This document shows, piece after piece, positions 18,269-27,794 of a stretch of 64,000 nt of DNA. The stretch covers positions 40,699 to 104,698 of the forward strand of contig CAZFGA010000008.1 of NCBI GenBank assembly GCA_964518395.1, in the 5' to 3' direction. This stretch comes from an uncultured Flavobacterium sp. Its GTDB lineage: Bacteria > Bacteroidota > Bacteroidia > Flavobacteriales > Flavobacteriaceae. Position numbers and translations under genes: made by a program. Each line of letters begins with the position of its first letter. The stretch's first letter is position 1. The notes under the pieces were generated by a model. The model saw only the letters and a list, made by a program, of their open reading frames with translations. It was not told where the DNA came from and searched no databases.

Positions 18269-18276
18269 CAAATATA
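18269..18276 (-). promoter_or_regulatory. Candidate -7 box TATATTTG
   Basis: Minus strand, 25 nt upstream of the ATG at 18243. Confidence 0.45.
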
Positions 18277-18482
18277 CTAAATGTGTGTTGTGTTTTGGAC
18301 AAAATAAAAAAGGAGGAAACTGCAGTAGCTCAAAAATAAAAAAAGCCTGTCTCATTTAGTAACATGAGAATTGTTATGGCTTCATAGCAAATTATAATAC
18401 TGAGCTACTATTACTTCTCGTTAAATCTGAGTATATTTACGTAAAGTAAAAAGTATCGTTAATTCCCTTTAAACTAGAATTT

Positions 18483-20120
18483 ATGGATAATAACAAAAGA
18501 TCTTTTGAGGAATCTTTGGAAAGCCTGTTTATTGAAGAAAGTGCTATTCCGGAACAGTTCCGAATTGAGGAGATCCACCAAAAAGAATATCTGAGCAATG
18601 GAGAAATGAAGAAGTGGACAGGAGAAGTCCATGAAGTCTATTCGCCAATCTATACAAAAACTCCCAATGGACTGCAACCCAAATTAATAGGCAGTTATCC
18701 GATAGGAACAGAAAAAGAAGCACAAGCATCACTCGACGCTGCTGTCGAAGCTTATAATGATGGCAGGGGAGAATGGCCGACTATGAGCGTATCAGAAAGG
18801 ATTCATCATGTAGAGCTGTTTACAGGTAAGATGATAGCCAAAAAAGAAATGGTTGTCCGGCTTATTATGTGGGAAATCGGAAAGTCGTATGCCGATTCTG
18901 TAAAAGAATTTGACAGGACTGTAGAATATATTTATGCGACAATCGACTCGCTGAAAAACCTTGATAGAGATTCTTCTCGTTTTGAAATTGCAGAAGGTAT
19001 AGCGGCACAAATTCGCCGTTCACCACTTGGAGTAGTACTTTGTATGGGACCATTTAATTACCCGTTGAATGAAACTTTTACGACATTAATTCCTGCGTTG
19101 ATTATGGGGAATACTATTCTCTTTAAACCGCCTAAGTTTGGAACCCTTTTGCATTATCCTTTACAGGAAGCTTTTCAGGAAAGTTTTCCAAAAGGCGTGA
19201 TTAATGTGATTTATGGAAGAGGAAGCGATATTATTCCGGGATTGATGCATTCAGGAAAAATTAATGTACTGACACTCATAGGTTCCAGTAAGGTGGCGAA
19301 TGAGTTGAAAAAGCAACATCCTAAAGTAAATCGTCTTCGTGCGGTATTAGGTCTTGATGCTAAAAATGCTTCAATCATTACTTCAAAAGCGGATATTGGT
19401 TTAGCTGTTAAAGAAACTATTACGGGTTCGTTATCGTTTAACGGACAGCGTTGCACGGCCTTAAAAATTGTATGGGTACATCGAAGTATAGCCGATCAGT
19501 TTTTGAGCGAATTTAGCAAGGCGGTAAGTAATTTGAAATTTGGTCTTCCGTGGGAGGATGGTGTGTCCTTAACGCCGCTTCCTGAGCCTTATAAAATTGA
19601 TTATCTAAATGATTGCATTAAAGATGCTGAAATGCACGGTGCCAAAGTTGTGAATGAAAATGGAGGTGTTTCAAAAGCTTCTTTTTTCTATCCCGCGGTG
19701 GTTTATCCTGTAAATGAAAAGATGAAACTTTACCACGAAGAACAATTCGGACCTATAATTCCGGTTGTTCCGTTTGATGATGTTGAGGAAGTAATTCAAT
19801 ATTTGATAGATGCCCAATACGGGCAACAGGTAAGTATTTTTAGTACCGATGCTTCGGAAGTTGGTTCGCTTATCGACCCATTGGTCAATCAGGTTAGCCG
19901 TGTCAATATCAACAGTCAGTCGCAACGTGGACCGGATATTTTTCCTTTTACAGGAAGAAAAGACAGTGCAGAAGGCACCTTGTCAATTCCAGATGCTATC
20001 CGTTCCTTTTCTATCCGTTCGTTGGTAGCTTTTAAAATGAATGACGCCAATAAGGAATTGATTAATGAAATTGTAAATTCGGATAAATCTAATTTCTTAA
20101 GCACTAAGTTTATTTTTTAG
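18483..20120 (+). CDS. gapN: Non-phosphorylating NADP-dependent glyceraldehyde-3-phosphate dehydrogenase-like aldehyde dehydrogenase
   Basis: ALDH blocks SPLGVVLCMGPFNYPLNE, catalytic Cys in FNGQRCTALK, EEQFGPIIP, and the GapN-type tail NINSQSQRGPDIFPFTGRKDSAEG. It is longer than classical GapN at both termini. Confidence 0.7.
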   Translation: MDNNKRSFEESLESLFIEESAIPEQFRIEEIHQKEYLSNGEMKKWTGEVHEVYSPIYTKTPNGLQPKLIGSYPIGTEKEAQASLDAAVEAYNDGRGEWPTMSVSERIHHVELFTGKMIAKKEMVVRLIMWEIGKSYADSVKEFDRTVEYIYATIDSLKNLDRDSSRFEIAEGIAAQIRRSPLGVVLCMGPFNYPLNETFTTLIPALIMGNTILFKPPKFGTLLHYPLQEAFQESFPKGVINVIYGRGSDIIPGLMHSGKINVLTLIGSSKVANELKKQHPKVNRLRAVLGLDAKNASIITSKADIGLAVKETITGSLSFNGQRCTALKIVWVHRSIADQFLSEFSKAVSNLKFGLPWEDGVSLTPLPEPYKIDYLNDCIKDAEMHGAKVVNENGGVSKASFFYPAVVYPVNEKMKLYHEEQFGPIIPVVPFDDVEEVIQYLIDAQYGQQVSIFSTDASEVGSLIDPLVNQVSRVNINSQSQRGPDIFPFTGRKDSAEGTLSIPDAIRSFSIRSLVAFKMNDANKELINEIVNSDKSNFLSTKFIF

Positions 20121-20121
20121 T

Positions 20122-20156
20122 GGAAAGTTGAAAGTGGAAAGTCTATAGTTGAAAAG
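20122..20156 (+). repeat. Five phased heptads of the NNNNAGT type, directly after the gapN stop
   Basis: GGAAAGT TGAAAGT GGAAAGT CTATAGT TGAAAAG, read in register from 20122. Confidence 0.6.
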
Positions 20157-20178
20157 GTCTGCCTTGGGGTGGGCCTTT

Positions 20179-21207
20179 TTAACTTTCTTCGTTTTCAAGG
20201 ATCTTGATCATCTTGAATGATTTCAGTAAATGGAAAAGTCCGGGAAGGATTATCAATCCACCAATTATGAGTGAAATACCTAAAATGCTTATGGTGCTTT
20301 CGGGAGCCATATTATCCAATAAGCTAATTTGTCCTGATTCTGTAATGATAAGGTTTGGGAAATGAGCTCCAACAGCAGCCGTAAGAATCAATACTACCTG
20401 TAATCCTGCTAAAAACCGACACAAAATGATTTTTCCTTTGCGGATGCTTTTCCATAGTGGTACAATTAGTAATGCGGATAATACTACAGCACCAATGGCA
20501 TAATAATTTTTAAGCACATCCAGAACAAACTTATTTTCTTCAAAATAAGCTACGGCAAGCGTAATAAAGCCTAAAATTACAACAACCCAAGTAGCTATGC
20601 CTGCTTTGCGGATATACATTCTTCTTTCGTATTCTGTGGCTTCACCAATCAGGAAAGTTGCAGAAAGGAAAACGCATAAGGCGCTGAAAAAGAAGCCAGT
20701 CAATATTGGGAACGGTTGTAGCCAAGGTTTTATATAGACCGAAGCAAAATCAGCATTAGGATGATTTTCAAGTAAAATGATATTGCCGCTAATGAGAGCT
20801 CCATAGGTCATGCCTAAGAAGATAGGGGTAACGAGACATGAAAATTCAAACATACGGTCATACAGCAGCTGCGATTTATCTTTTACGGCATCATAATGGC
20901 GAAAAACAAACGCAACACCGCGAAGCGTAATGCCTAATAAAATTAAGGTCAGCGGAATGTGAAGATAGATGATGATGATATTGTAAAATCCGGGAAAAGC
21001 AATCCAAAGAATTACGATTAGGATAATAATCCAAATGTGATTGGCTTCCCAAACTGGCCCCATAACACTGTATACCCTTTTTTTGATGGATGCCTGATGG
21101 TCTTTTGAAGAAAACAATTCCAATATACCGGCACCGAAATCTGCCCCGCCCAGTAAAACATATAGGAAAAACGAAAACAACGTAAAAAATAAGACGACGT
21201 ATAACAT
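20179..21207 (-). CDS. cydB: Cytochrome bd ubiquinol oxidase subunit II
   Basis: 342 aa polytopic protein. N-terminus GGADFGAGILE. Immediately downstream of cydA (6-nt gap). Confidence 0.85.
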   Translation of the reverse strand: MLYVVLFFTLFSFFLYVLLGGADFGAGILELFSSKDHQASIKKRVYSVMGPVWEANHIWIIILIVILWIAFPGFYNIIIIYLHIPLTLILLGITLRGVAFVFRHYDAVKDKSQLLYDRMFEFSCLVTPIFLGMTYGALISGNIILLENHPNADFASVYIKPWLQPFPILTGFFFSALCVFLSATFLIGEATEYERRMYIRKAGIATWVVVILGFITLAVAYFEENKFVLDVLKNYYAIGAVVLSALLIVPLWKSIRKGKIILCRFLAGLQVVLILTAAVGAHFPNLIITESGQISLLDNMAPESTISILGISLIIGGLIILPGLFHLLKSFKMIKILENEES

Positions 21208-21213
21208 AATCTT

Positions 21214-22515
21214 TTAGTTTTCAGAGTTATTAAGTACTTTGATTTGACGTATCATCAGCCAGGTTACCGCAACAGAAAGCACGGCATAAAGGATTACATA
21301 TAGGTAAAAGCTATAAATCATTCCCGGCATTGGTGTTACGGCATCTTTTGTACGCATCACATTATGAATAATCCAGGGCTGTCTGCCAACTTCCGTAACA
21401 ATCCATCCGGCTTCCAGTGCCAAAAAGCCTACAGGTGCCAGACAGGCAAAATACAGCCAGTACTTTTTGGAAGTCTGCCATTTTTTCTTTTTAAGGCTTA
21501 TAAAATAGAGTAAACCCGAAAACATGAGCAGTGTTCCCAAACCTACCATAATCTGGAAAGCATAATGGGTAATGGTAACCGGCGGATGGTCTTCTTTTGG
21601 AAAATCATTCAGCCCTTTTACTTCAGCATTGAAATCTCCAAAAGATAAAAAGGAAAGCGCCTTCGGGATTTCTATTTTATAACTTACTGTTTGAGTTTCT
21701 TCGTCTACAATTCCGCCAATATATAACGGAGCCCCTTTTTCTGTTTCGTAGTGGGCTTCTAAGGCTGCCAGTTTTACAGGCTGTCTTTTGGCAATGTCTT
21801 TGGCTGAAAGGTCGCCGCTCAATGGCTGAAGCAACGCCGCAACAGCTCCAAAAACAATGGCTATCTTAAAGGCCTCAATATGAAGCGCTGTATTTCTGTT
21901 TTTATAAATCTGCCAGGCATGGATTCCTGCTACCGCAAAAGAAGTGGCAACAAAAGCGGCCAGCGTCATGTGTAATGCCTGTGTAAACCATGCCGGATTA
22001 AGAAAAGCTTGTATCGGATCGATATTGAGGAATTCACCGTTTATATAATCAAAACCGGAAGGCGCGTTCATCCAGCTGTTAGCCGAAACCACCAAAATCC
22101 CCGAAGCGACACCGGAAAGTCCCACGATGATTCCTGTAAGCAAATGGAACTTTTCGGGAAGTTTGTTCCATCCATACAAATAAAAACCTAAGGCCAGTGC
22201 TTCAACAAAAAAGGCAGCTCCTTCCAGAGAAAAAGGCATGCCGATAATCGGGCCGGCATGTTTCATGAATTCAGGCCATAATAATCCTAGTTCAAAAGAT
22301 AAGGCAGTGCCCGAAACGGCACCCGTCACAAAGAAAATAGCGACGCCTTTTTGCCAGGATTTTGTCAGTTTCAGAAAGACAGGTTTTCTGGTCTTTAACC
22401 ATTTGTAATGTGAAATTACCATAAAGAAAGGCATCACCATTCCAATACAGGCAAATACGATATGGAAAATAAGGGTGAATGCCATCTGCATTCTAGCAGC
22501 ATCTAAATTATCCAT
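21214..22515 (-). CDS. cydA: Cytochrome bd ubiquinol oxidase subunit I
   Basis: 433 aa. Conserved GWIVTEVGRQPWII block and polytopic topology. Confidence 0.9.
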   Translation of the reverse strand: MDNLDAARMQMAFTLIFHIVFACIGMVMPFFMVISHYKWLKTRKPVFLKLTKSWQKGVAIFFVTGAVSGTALSFELGLLWPEFMKHAGPIIGMPFSLEGAAFFVEALALGFYLYGWNKLPEKFHLLTGIIVGLSGVASGILVVSANSWMNAPSGFDYINGEFLNIDPIQAFLNPAWFTQALHMTLAAFVATSFAVAGIHAWQIYKNRNTALHIEAFKIAIVFGAVAALLQPLSGDLSAKDIAKRQPVKLAALEAHYETEKGAPLYIGGIVDEETQTVSYKIEIPKALSFLSFGDFNAEVKGLNDFPKEDHPPVTITHYAFQIMVGLGTLLMFSGLLYFISLKKKKWQTSKKYWLYFACLAPVGFLALEAGWIVTEVGRQPWIIHNVMRTKDAVTPMPGMIYSFYLYVILYAVLSVAVTWLMIRQIKVLNNSEN

Positions 22516-22536
22516 GAGAGTTTCAATTTAGCCTAA

Positions 22537-22544
22537 CAAAGATA
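22537..22544 (-). promoter_or_regulatory. Candidate -7 box TATCTTTG for cydAB
   Basis: Minus strand, 21 nt upstream of the cydA ATG at 22515. Confidence 0.45.
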
Positions 22545-22812
22545 GTTCAGAAAATGCAGGAATCCTTGTTTTTTCGGGCTTAAATTGCTTGAAAAATAAA
22601 GATTCTATATAGAAAATAGAGGGAGAGATGAAAATAGTTTTTTAACAAAAAGAATGCTTTGGGACGGAATAGGGAAGAAAAAAATAATTCATATCAAAAA
22701 AATCATAAAAGAGCCAATTTTATGAAAGGATTTAGCGTTTATAGGGAAATGAAAAATAACAAATTTTCATATTTCTGTTTTTTGGCATGATTTTGAAATC
22801 GGCAAAAAATAG

Positions 22813-22820
22813 TATCTTTG
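22813..22820 (+). promoter_or_regulatory. Candidate -7 box TATCTTTG
   Basis: 18 nt upstream of the ATG at 22839. It overlaps the TTG used as the start in the ORF track. Confidence 0.45.
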
Positions 22821-22838
22821 GAGCAAATAAATAGCATA

Positions 22839-24323
22839 ATGACCACAACCGAAATGTCCACCGAACTTGAACAGTATTTTCAGCAATTCCGAAACAATAT
22901 TATAGGGATTGATCAGGAATTTATTTCTCCTTTTGGAAAAAAGAAAATCATTTATACGGATTGGACAGCAAGTGGCCGCCTTTATCGCCCGATAGAGGAA
23001 AAGCTTATGAATGATTTTGGACCGTTTGTGGCTAATACGCATACAGAAACGACTGTTTCCGGAACTGCAATGACAATGGCTTATCATGAAGCACGACATA
23101 TTATCAAAAAGCATGTCAATGCCAACGAAGATGATGTTTTGATTGCAGACGGAACCGGTATGACAGGCGTAATTAATAAATTTCAAAGGATTTTGGGATT
23201 GAAGATTCCTGAAAACCTTCGTGAGTTTACAGCGATTCCGGAAGAAAAGCGACCTGTTGTTTTTGTTTCGCATATGGAACACCACTCTAACCAGACTTCA
23301 TGGCTGGAAACCATTGCTAAAGTAGAAGTTATTCCGGCGTGCGAAAAAGGATTGCTTTGCATGGATAGTTTTAAGGCACTTTTAGATAAATATAAAAACC
23401 ATACCCTAAAGATTGCTTCAATTACTTCGTGTTCGAATGTTACAGGTATCAGAACGCCTTATTATGAAGTGGCAAAATTAATGCACCAGAACAACGGTGT
23501 CTGTTTTGTAGATTTTGCCTGTTCGGCTCCTTATGTAGATATCAATATGCATCCGGAAGATAAAGAAGCCTATTTGGATGCTATTTTCTTTTCTCCGCAT
23601 AAATTTCTTGGCGGACCTGGTACTTCAGGAATTTTGATTTTTAATAAGAAACTGTACAAGAATATGATTCCGGATCATCCGGGTGGAGGAACGGTTTCGT
23701 GGACAAACCCATGGGGGGAACATAAATACCTTGACAATATTGAAGAACGCGAAGATGGCGGAACTCCGGGTTTTCTACAGGCAATTAAGACAGCTTTGGC
23801 AGTTCAGCTAAAAGAAAGAATGGGTGTGAACAACATATTAAAAAGAGAACACGAGCTAATTGATTATGTTTTTTCTGAACTGGGTACAGTTCCAAATATA
23901 AATATTTTGGCTGATCAGCATAAAGATAGGCTAGGGGTGATTTCTTTTTACATAGACAATTTGCATTTCAACTTAGGAGTTAAGTTGCTAAACGATAAAT
24001 TCGGAATACAGACACGAGGCGGATGCAGTTGTGCCGGTACTTACGGTCATTACTTGCTTCATGTTGATGAAGAAACATCGCATGATCTTACCAATTTGAT
24101 TACAGCTGGTGACCTGATCAGAAAGCCGGGATGGATTCGAATGTCAATTCACCCTACGACTACCAATGCTGAGATTCAGTTTGTGTGTGATAGTATCAAA
24201 GCGGTTGCAGAAAACCACCAAGAGTGGGGTAACGAATATGGATACCATAAAAAATCAAATGAGTTTACTCATAAGAATGCTTCAAATCCTGAAAAAGACC
24301 TGGTAAAACAGTGGTTTAGTTAG
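22839..24323 (+). CDS. Class V aminotransferase-fold PLP enzyme (cysteine desulfurase/selenocysteine lyase-like)
   Basis: PLP-lysine block FFSPHKFLGGPG and GGCSCAG near the C-terminus. I trimmed the start to the ATG (MTTTEMS) downstream of the -7 box. Confidence 0.7.
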   Translation: MTTTEMSTELEQYFQQFRNNIIGIDQEFISPFGKKKIIYTDWTASGRLYRPIEEKLMNDFGPFVANTHTETTVSGTAMTMAYHEARHIIKKHVNANEDDVLIADGTGMTGVINKFQRILGLKIPENLREFTAIPEEKRPVVFVSHMEHHSNQTSWLETIAKVEVIPACEKGLLCMDSFKALLDKYKNHTLKIASITSCSNVTGIRTPYYEVAKLMHQNNGVCFVDFACSAPYVDINMHPEDKEAYLDAIFFSPHKFLGGPGTSGILIFNKKLYKNMIPDHPGGGTVSWTNPWGEHKYLDNIEEREDGGTPGFLQAIKTALAVQLKERMGVNNILKREHELIDYVFSELGTVPNINILADQHKDRLGVISFYIDNLHFNLGVKLLNDKFGIQTRGGCSCAGTYGHYLLHVDEETSHDLTNLITAGDLIRKPGWIRMSIHPTTTNAEIQFVCDSIKAVAENHQEWGNEYGYHKKSNEFTHKNASNPEKDLVKQWFS

Positions 24324-25197
24324 GAGATTGATTGCGGAATTTCCAACGCTTGTGTGTCCACAGATAATATTCCGGAGCTTTTAATATTTGCTGTTCTACC
24401 ATTCTGAGAAACATATCAGAAATCTGGTAGTTGGGTACTTCTTTTGGATTATCAACCATTTCTGCAAAAGTGGCTTCATAGTAACCGCGTCTGATCTTGA
24501 CCACATCAACAAAAATTACATTCAGATCCATTCGTTTGGCAATCATTTCGGCTCCCGTATGCATTGGTACGTTTACGCCAAAAAACTCTGCCCAATGAAA
24601 AGCTTTAGATGCTTTTGGAGATTGGTCGCTGGCAAAGCCATACACACCCTTTATATCATTTTTCTGATTTTCATGGATGACATTGATGGTTTCCTTTGTA
24701 TCAATAAGATGCGCATGGAATTTCGCTCGTATTTTTCTTACCAGACTATCAAAATATTTATTGCGTATTTTTTTATAGATGGCATAACCTTTAAAAGTGA
24801 TTTTTCGGTTCATTGAAATCAGCCACTCATAACTTCCATAATGAGAACAGAATAAGGCGATACTCTTTCCTCTTTTTTCCATATTTAAATAGACTTCAAG
24901 ATTGGTGAATTTGAAACGTTTCTCAATTTCCGAATCTGAAATAGTCATTGTCTTTATCATTTCAACAAAATTGTCACAGAAATGATGATAGAATTTTTTT
25001 TCTATGATGCGTTTTTCCTGTTTAGAAAGATGGGGAAGAGCAATATCAAGATTTTCCCGAACCGTTTTTTTTCTGTAACCGATAATGTAATAAACCAGAA
25101 TATAAACACAATCAGAGAAAAAATAAAGTACTCTAAAAGGCAATACAGACATCAGCCACAAGAATGGGTAAAGGAAAATAAAAAGTAGTAACTGCAT
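24316..25197 (-). CDS. LpxL/HtrB-like lipid A (lysophospholipid) acyltransferase
   Basis: N-terminal membrane anchor and an acyltransferase H-box-like CSHYGSYEW. 293 aa. The 3' end overlaps the convergent gene by 8 nt. Confidence 0.65.
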   Translation of the reverse strand: MQLLLFIFLYPFLWLMSVLPFRVLYFFSDCVYILVYYIIGYRKKTVRENLDIALPHLSKQEKRIIEKKFYHHFCDNFVEMIKTMTISDSEIEKRFKFTNLEVYLNMEKRGKSIALFCSHYGSYEWLISMNRKITFKGYAIYKKIRNKYFDSLVRKIRAKFHAHLIDTKETINVIHENQKNDIKGVYGFASDQSPKASKAFHWAEFFGVNVPMHTGAEMIAKRMDLNVIFVDVVKIRRGYYEATFAEMVDNPKEVPNYQISDMFLRMVEQQILKAPEYYLWTHKRWKFRNQSPN

Positions 25198-25302
25198 TCG
25201 AGGAATATTTTATGCAAATATAAGGCTAATGCTGTTAAATAGTATAGTGCTTTTACAATTGATAAAGAAAGGGTTTGTATTTTTACGCTCAAATCATCAC
25301 TT

Positions 25303-25926
25303 ATGAATATTTTTCTTATCGTTATCATTGCCCTTAATTTGATTATTAGTTTCAAAGGATTCAACGATTTGTCTTTTTTTAGGAAATATGAATTTCACGT
25401 TGGCAGTATCCGTGCCGGTGAACAGATTCGTATGTTTTCGTCAGCATTTCTTCATGTAGATATTGCCCATTTGGCTTTTAATATGCTTACGCTTTACCTT
25501 TTTGCTCCTGATGTCATAGATGGATTGGGTTGGTTTACTTTTCTTGTAATTTATACAGGGAGTCTTATTTTAGGTAATTTGTTGACCATGGTCATGCATA
25601 AAAATGATTACAGCTACAGAGCTGTTGGAGCTTCAGGAGCGGTGATAGGAATAGTGTATGCTGCTATTTTGGTAAATCCAAATTTGGAAATTTATTTCAT
25701 GCCGGGTTATGTTTTTGGAATTATCTATCTTCTGTATTCGATTTACGGTATGAAGTCTAAAAGTGATAACATTGGGCATACAGCACATTTTGGAGGTGCT
25801 ATTGGCGGTTATGTCATTACTTTATCAAGAGCACCGATTATTATCTCTGAGAATACCTTTACAGTAATTATGCTTGCTATTCCTATTGTCATACTGTTTA
25901 TCATGGCAAAAACAGGAAAATTGTAA
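25303..25926 (+). CDS. Rhomboid family intramembrane serine protease
   Basis: Six TM helices, catalytic GASGAV, and a downstream His in HTAHFGGAIGG. Confidence 0.8.
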   Translation: MNIFLIVIIALNLIISFKGFNDLSFFRKYEFHVGSIRAGEQIRMFSSAFLHVDIAHLAFNMLTLYLFAPDVIDGLGWFTFLVIYTGSLILGNLLTMVMHKNDYSYRAVGASGAVIGIVYAAILVNPNLEIYFMPGYVFGIIYLLYSIYGMKSKSDNIGHTAHFGGAIGGYVITLSRAPIIISENTFTVIMLAIPIVILFIMAKTGKL

Positions 25927-26131
25927 TTTTTTCTAAAATTTTGTTTTGTTGTTTTCTGAACTTTATAGCGCTTAACTTTCAGTCTTTTATGATGGAAAAT
26001 AATTAGTTATTTATTTTTAAAACCTGTATTTTTATGGTGGTATTGTAAAATTAATCCTAAAAATCAGAAGGCAATTTTGATATTGGCACGTAATTTGAAA
26101 ATACTCAGAAAAAAAATAAATACAAAACACT

Positions 26132-26818
26132 ATGAAAAAAACAGTTTTAATCTTGATGACCATTTTTGCAACAGCCGCACAGGCGCAGGAAATTAAACAA
26201 GTTCCACAGATCAATGTATCTGGAGAAGGAAAAATCAAAGTAACGCCAGACTATGCCATCATCTCTATTGGTGTTGAAAACACAGGAGCGGATGCGGCTG
26301 AAGTCAAAAAGAAAAATGACGTGACTGTTGATGCTGTAATCAAATATTTAAAAGGTTTTAAATTGCCTGCATCTGATTACCAGACAAAACAGGTGTACTT
26401 GCACAAAAGCTACGATTACAACAAAAAGAAAAACACTTTTATTGCGTCACAACAGATTACAGTAACTCTTAAGGATCTGTCTAAGTATGATACGTTGATG
26501 ATGGGATTGGTTGATACAGGAATCAATAACATTAATGGAGTGGAGTTCAAGTCTACAAAAGTAGCACAACTCGAATCTGACGCAAGAAAAGCGGCTGTAG
26601 TTGATGCTAAAGCAAAAGCTATGGATTATGCTTCAGCTTTAGGACAAAAAGTAGGTAAGGCTATCATGGTTTCTGATAACTCTCAAACACACTATCCTGT
26701 TCCGGTAATGTATGCTATGAAAGCTGGTGCTGCTGAGGATGCTATGTCAAGAGAAACTTTGGCAATCGGAGAAATCGAAATTACGGCTAACGTAACAATT
26801 AGCTTCTCTTTGGAATAA
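26132..26818 (+). CDS. SIMPL (DUF541) domain periplasmic protein
   Basis: Signal peptide, and the INVSGEGKIKVTPDYAIISIGV opening typical of SIMPL / 26-kDa periplasmic immunogenic proteins. Confidence 0.7.
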   Translation: MKKTVLILMTIFATAAQAQEIKQVPQINVSGEGKIKVTPDYAIISIGVENTGADAAEVKKKNDVTVDAVIKYLKGFKLPASDYQTKQVYLHKSYDYNKKKNTFIASQQITVTLKDLSKYDTLMMGLVDTGINNINGVEFKSTKVAQLESDARKAAVVDAKAKAMDYASALGQKVGKAIMVSDNSQTHYPVPVMYAMKAGAAEDAMSRETLAIGEIEITANVTISFSLE

Positions 26819-26840
26819 TAATCAAATAGAATAAATAAAA

Positions 26841-26869
26841 AAGCCTGAGGATTTTCTCAGGCTTTTTTT
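26841..26869 (+). terminator. Intrinsic terminator after the SIMPL gene
   Basis: AAGCCTGAG / CTCAGGCTT stem with a 6-nt loop, followed by TTTTT. Confidence 0.8.
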
Positions 26870-26953
26870 GTAGTGTAATTTAAAGTTTAGATTGCGTAAT
26901 TGTGAAAGGAGTTAAGAAATGTATTTTTTAGCGTATTCATTTGGATTTTCAGA

Positions 26954-27427
26954 CTATAATTGTTTTGTCATTTTATAGTTTATGATTTCAACTCCTTGTT
27001 TTATGTTTGTCTGCTCTTTAAGTACTATAAATCCATTTTTTTCAAAAAAAGGTTTTGCAGTTTTGCTGATATCTGAGTTTATAACGTTTTGATGTAGTCG
27101 TTTTGCTTCGGCTTCAATATTATCAAGTAATAGTTGTGCAATTCCTTGTCGCTGGTGTTCTTTGTGAACATATAAGAAATCAAGATAATTCCCATTATCA
27201 AGTGTGGCAAAGCCGACAATTTTACTTTTATGTTGAGCCACTATAATAAATTGCTCTGTCATAACCTGATGCCAACGCTGTCTGTTTTCTACACCTGATG
27301 CCCATACTTTTATTTGTTCTCTGTCATAGTCTGCAGTGCAAACTGTGGTTATAGTATCTACATACAAATTTTGCAGTTCAGCTAAATCATTTATGTGTCC
27401 TTTTCTGATTATAAAATGATTTTGCAT
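26954..27427 (-). CDS. GNAT family N-acetyltransferase
   Basis: 157 aa. Acetyl-CoA motif HKEHQRQGIAQLLL. Confidence 0.8.
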   Translation of the reverse strand: MQNHFIIRKGHINDLAELQNLYVDTITTVCTADYDREQIKVWASGVENRQRWHQVMTEQFIIVAQHKSKIVGFATLDNGNYLDFLYVHKEHQRQGIAQLLLDNIEAEAKRLHQNVINSDISKTAKPFFEKNGFIVLKEQTNIKQGVEIINYKMTKQL

Positions 27428-27520
27428 TAGCTATTTTTAGGATTAATAAATGTTTTTTAGCAGTTAAACAAAGTTAAAGGGTATTTAAAATCTTTTACTA
27501 TTTGACCCCTAAAACAAAAA

Positions 27521-27547
27521 AACCTGTAAAACTAAATTTACAGGTTT
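27521..27547 (-). terminator. Intrinsic terminator downstream of tRNA-Tyr
   Basis: AACCTGTAAA / TTTACAGGTT stem, followed on the minus strand by TTTTTTTTG. Confidence 0.7.
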
Positions 27548-27558
27548 TAAGTTTGTTG

Positions 27559-27639
27559 TGGGGGGAGCAGGATTCGAACCTGCGAAGGTTTCCCAACGGA
27601 TTTACAGTCCGTCCTCGTTGGCCGCTTGAGTATCCCCCC
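27559..27639 (-). tRNA. tRNA-Tyr (anticodon GTA), class II with a long variable arm; CCA not encoded
   Basis: Reverse complement: GGGGGGA-TA-CTCAAGCGGCCAACGAG-G-ACGGA-CTGTAAA-TCCGT-variable arm-GCAGGTTCGAATCCTGC-TCCCCCC-A. It has a 7-bp acceptor stem, a TPsiC loop TTCGAAT and the anticodon loop CT-GTA-AA. Confidence 0.9.
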
Positions 27640-27750
27640 GCCTTGCTTATTGCGGTTGCAAATATAGCACTGTTTTTAGTTTATGCAAGTCTTTTTTGTA
27701 GATATTTTACAACAAAATTTTAATGTATTGGTAATGAATAAAATAAAAAA

Positions 27751-27767
27751 ATCTCCACAAGGGAGAT
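27751..27767 (-). terminator. Hairpin terminator after the TlpA-like gene
   Basis: ATCTCC / GGAGAT stem flanked by A/T runs, about 28 nt after the stop at 27795. Confidence 0.55.
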
Positions 27768-27794
27768 TTTTATGATTTGATTCGGAATACGGAA

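Noticed and set aside
22749-22770. Inverted repeat ATGAAAA-N8-TTTTCAT in the cydA / aminotransferase divergent region, considered as a regulator site.
   Set aside because: The arms are almost pure A/T in a very AT-rich region, so a chance occurrence is likely. It does not resemble any binding-site consensus I know.
22767-23285. A 172-aa minus-strand ORF, and many similar long antisense ORFs in the track (for example 15826-16224, 16599-16997, 28570-28971, 48756-49160, 50706-51116, 62511-62921, 24388-24816).
   Set aside because: Each lies entirely inside a gene on the opposite strand that has clear family motifs. Their translations are Cys/Arg/Phe-rich with no motifs. They are typical shadow ORFs.
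27502-27723. A 73-aa plus-strand ORF.
   Set aside because: It starts at a TTG and runs antisense through tRNA-Tyr and its terminator. The tRNA explains the sequence conservation.
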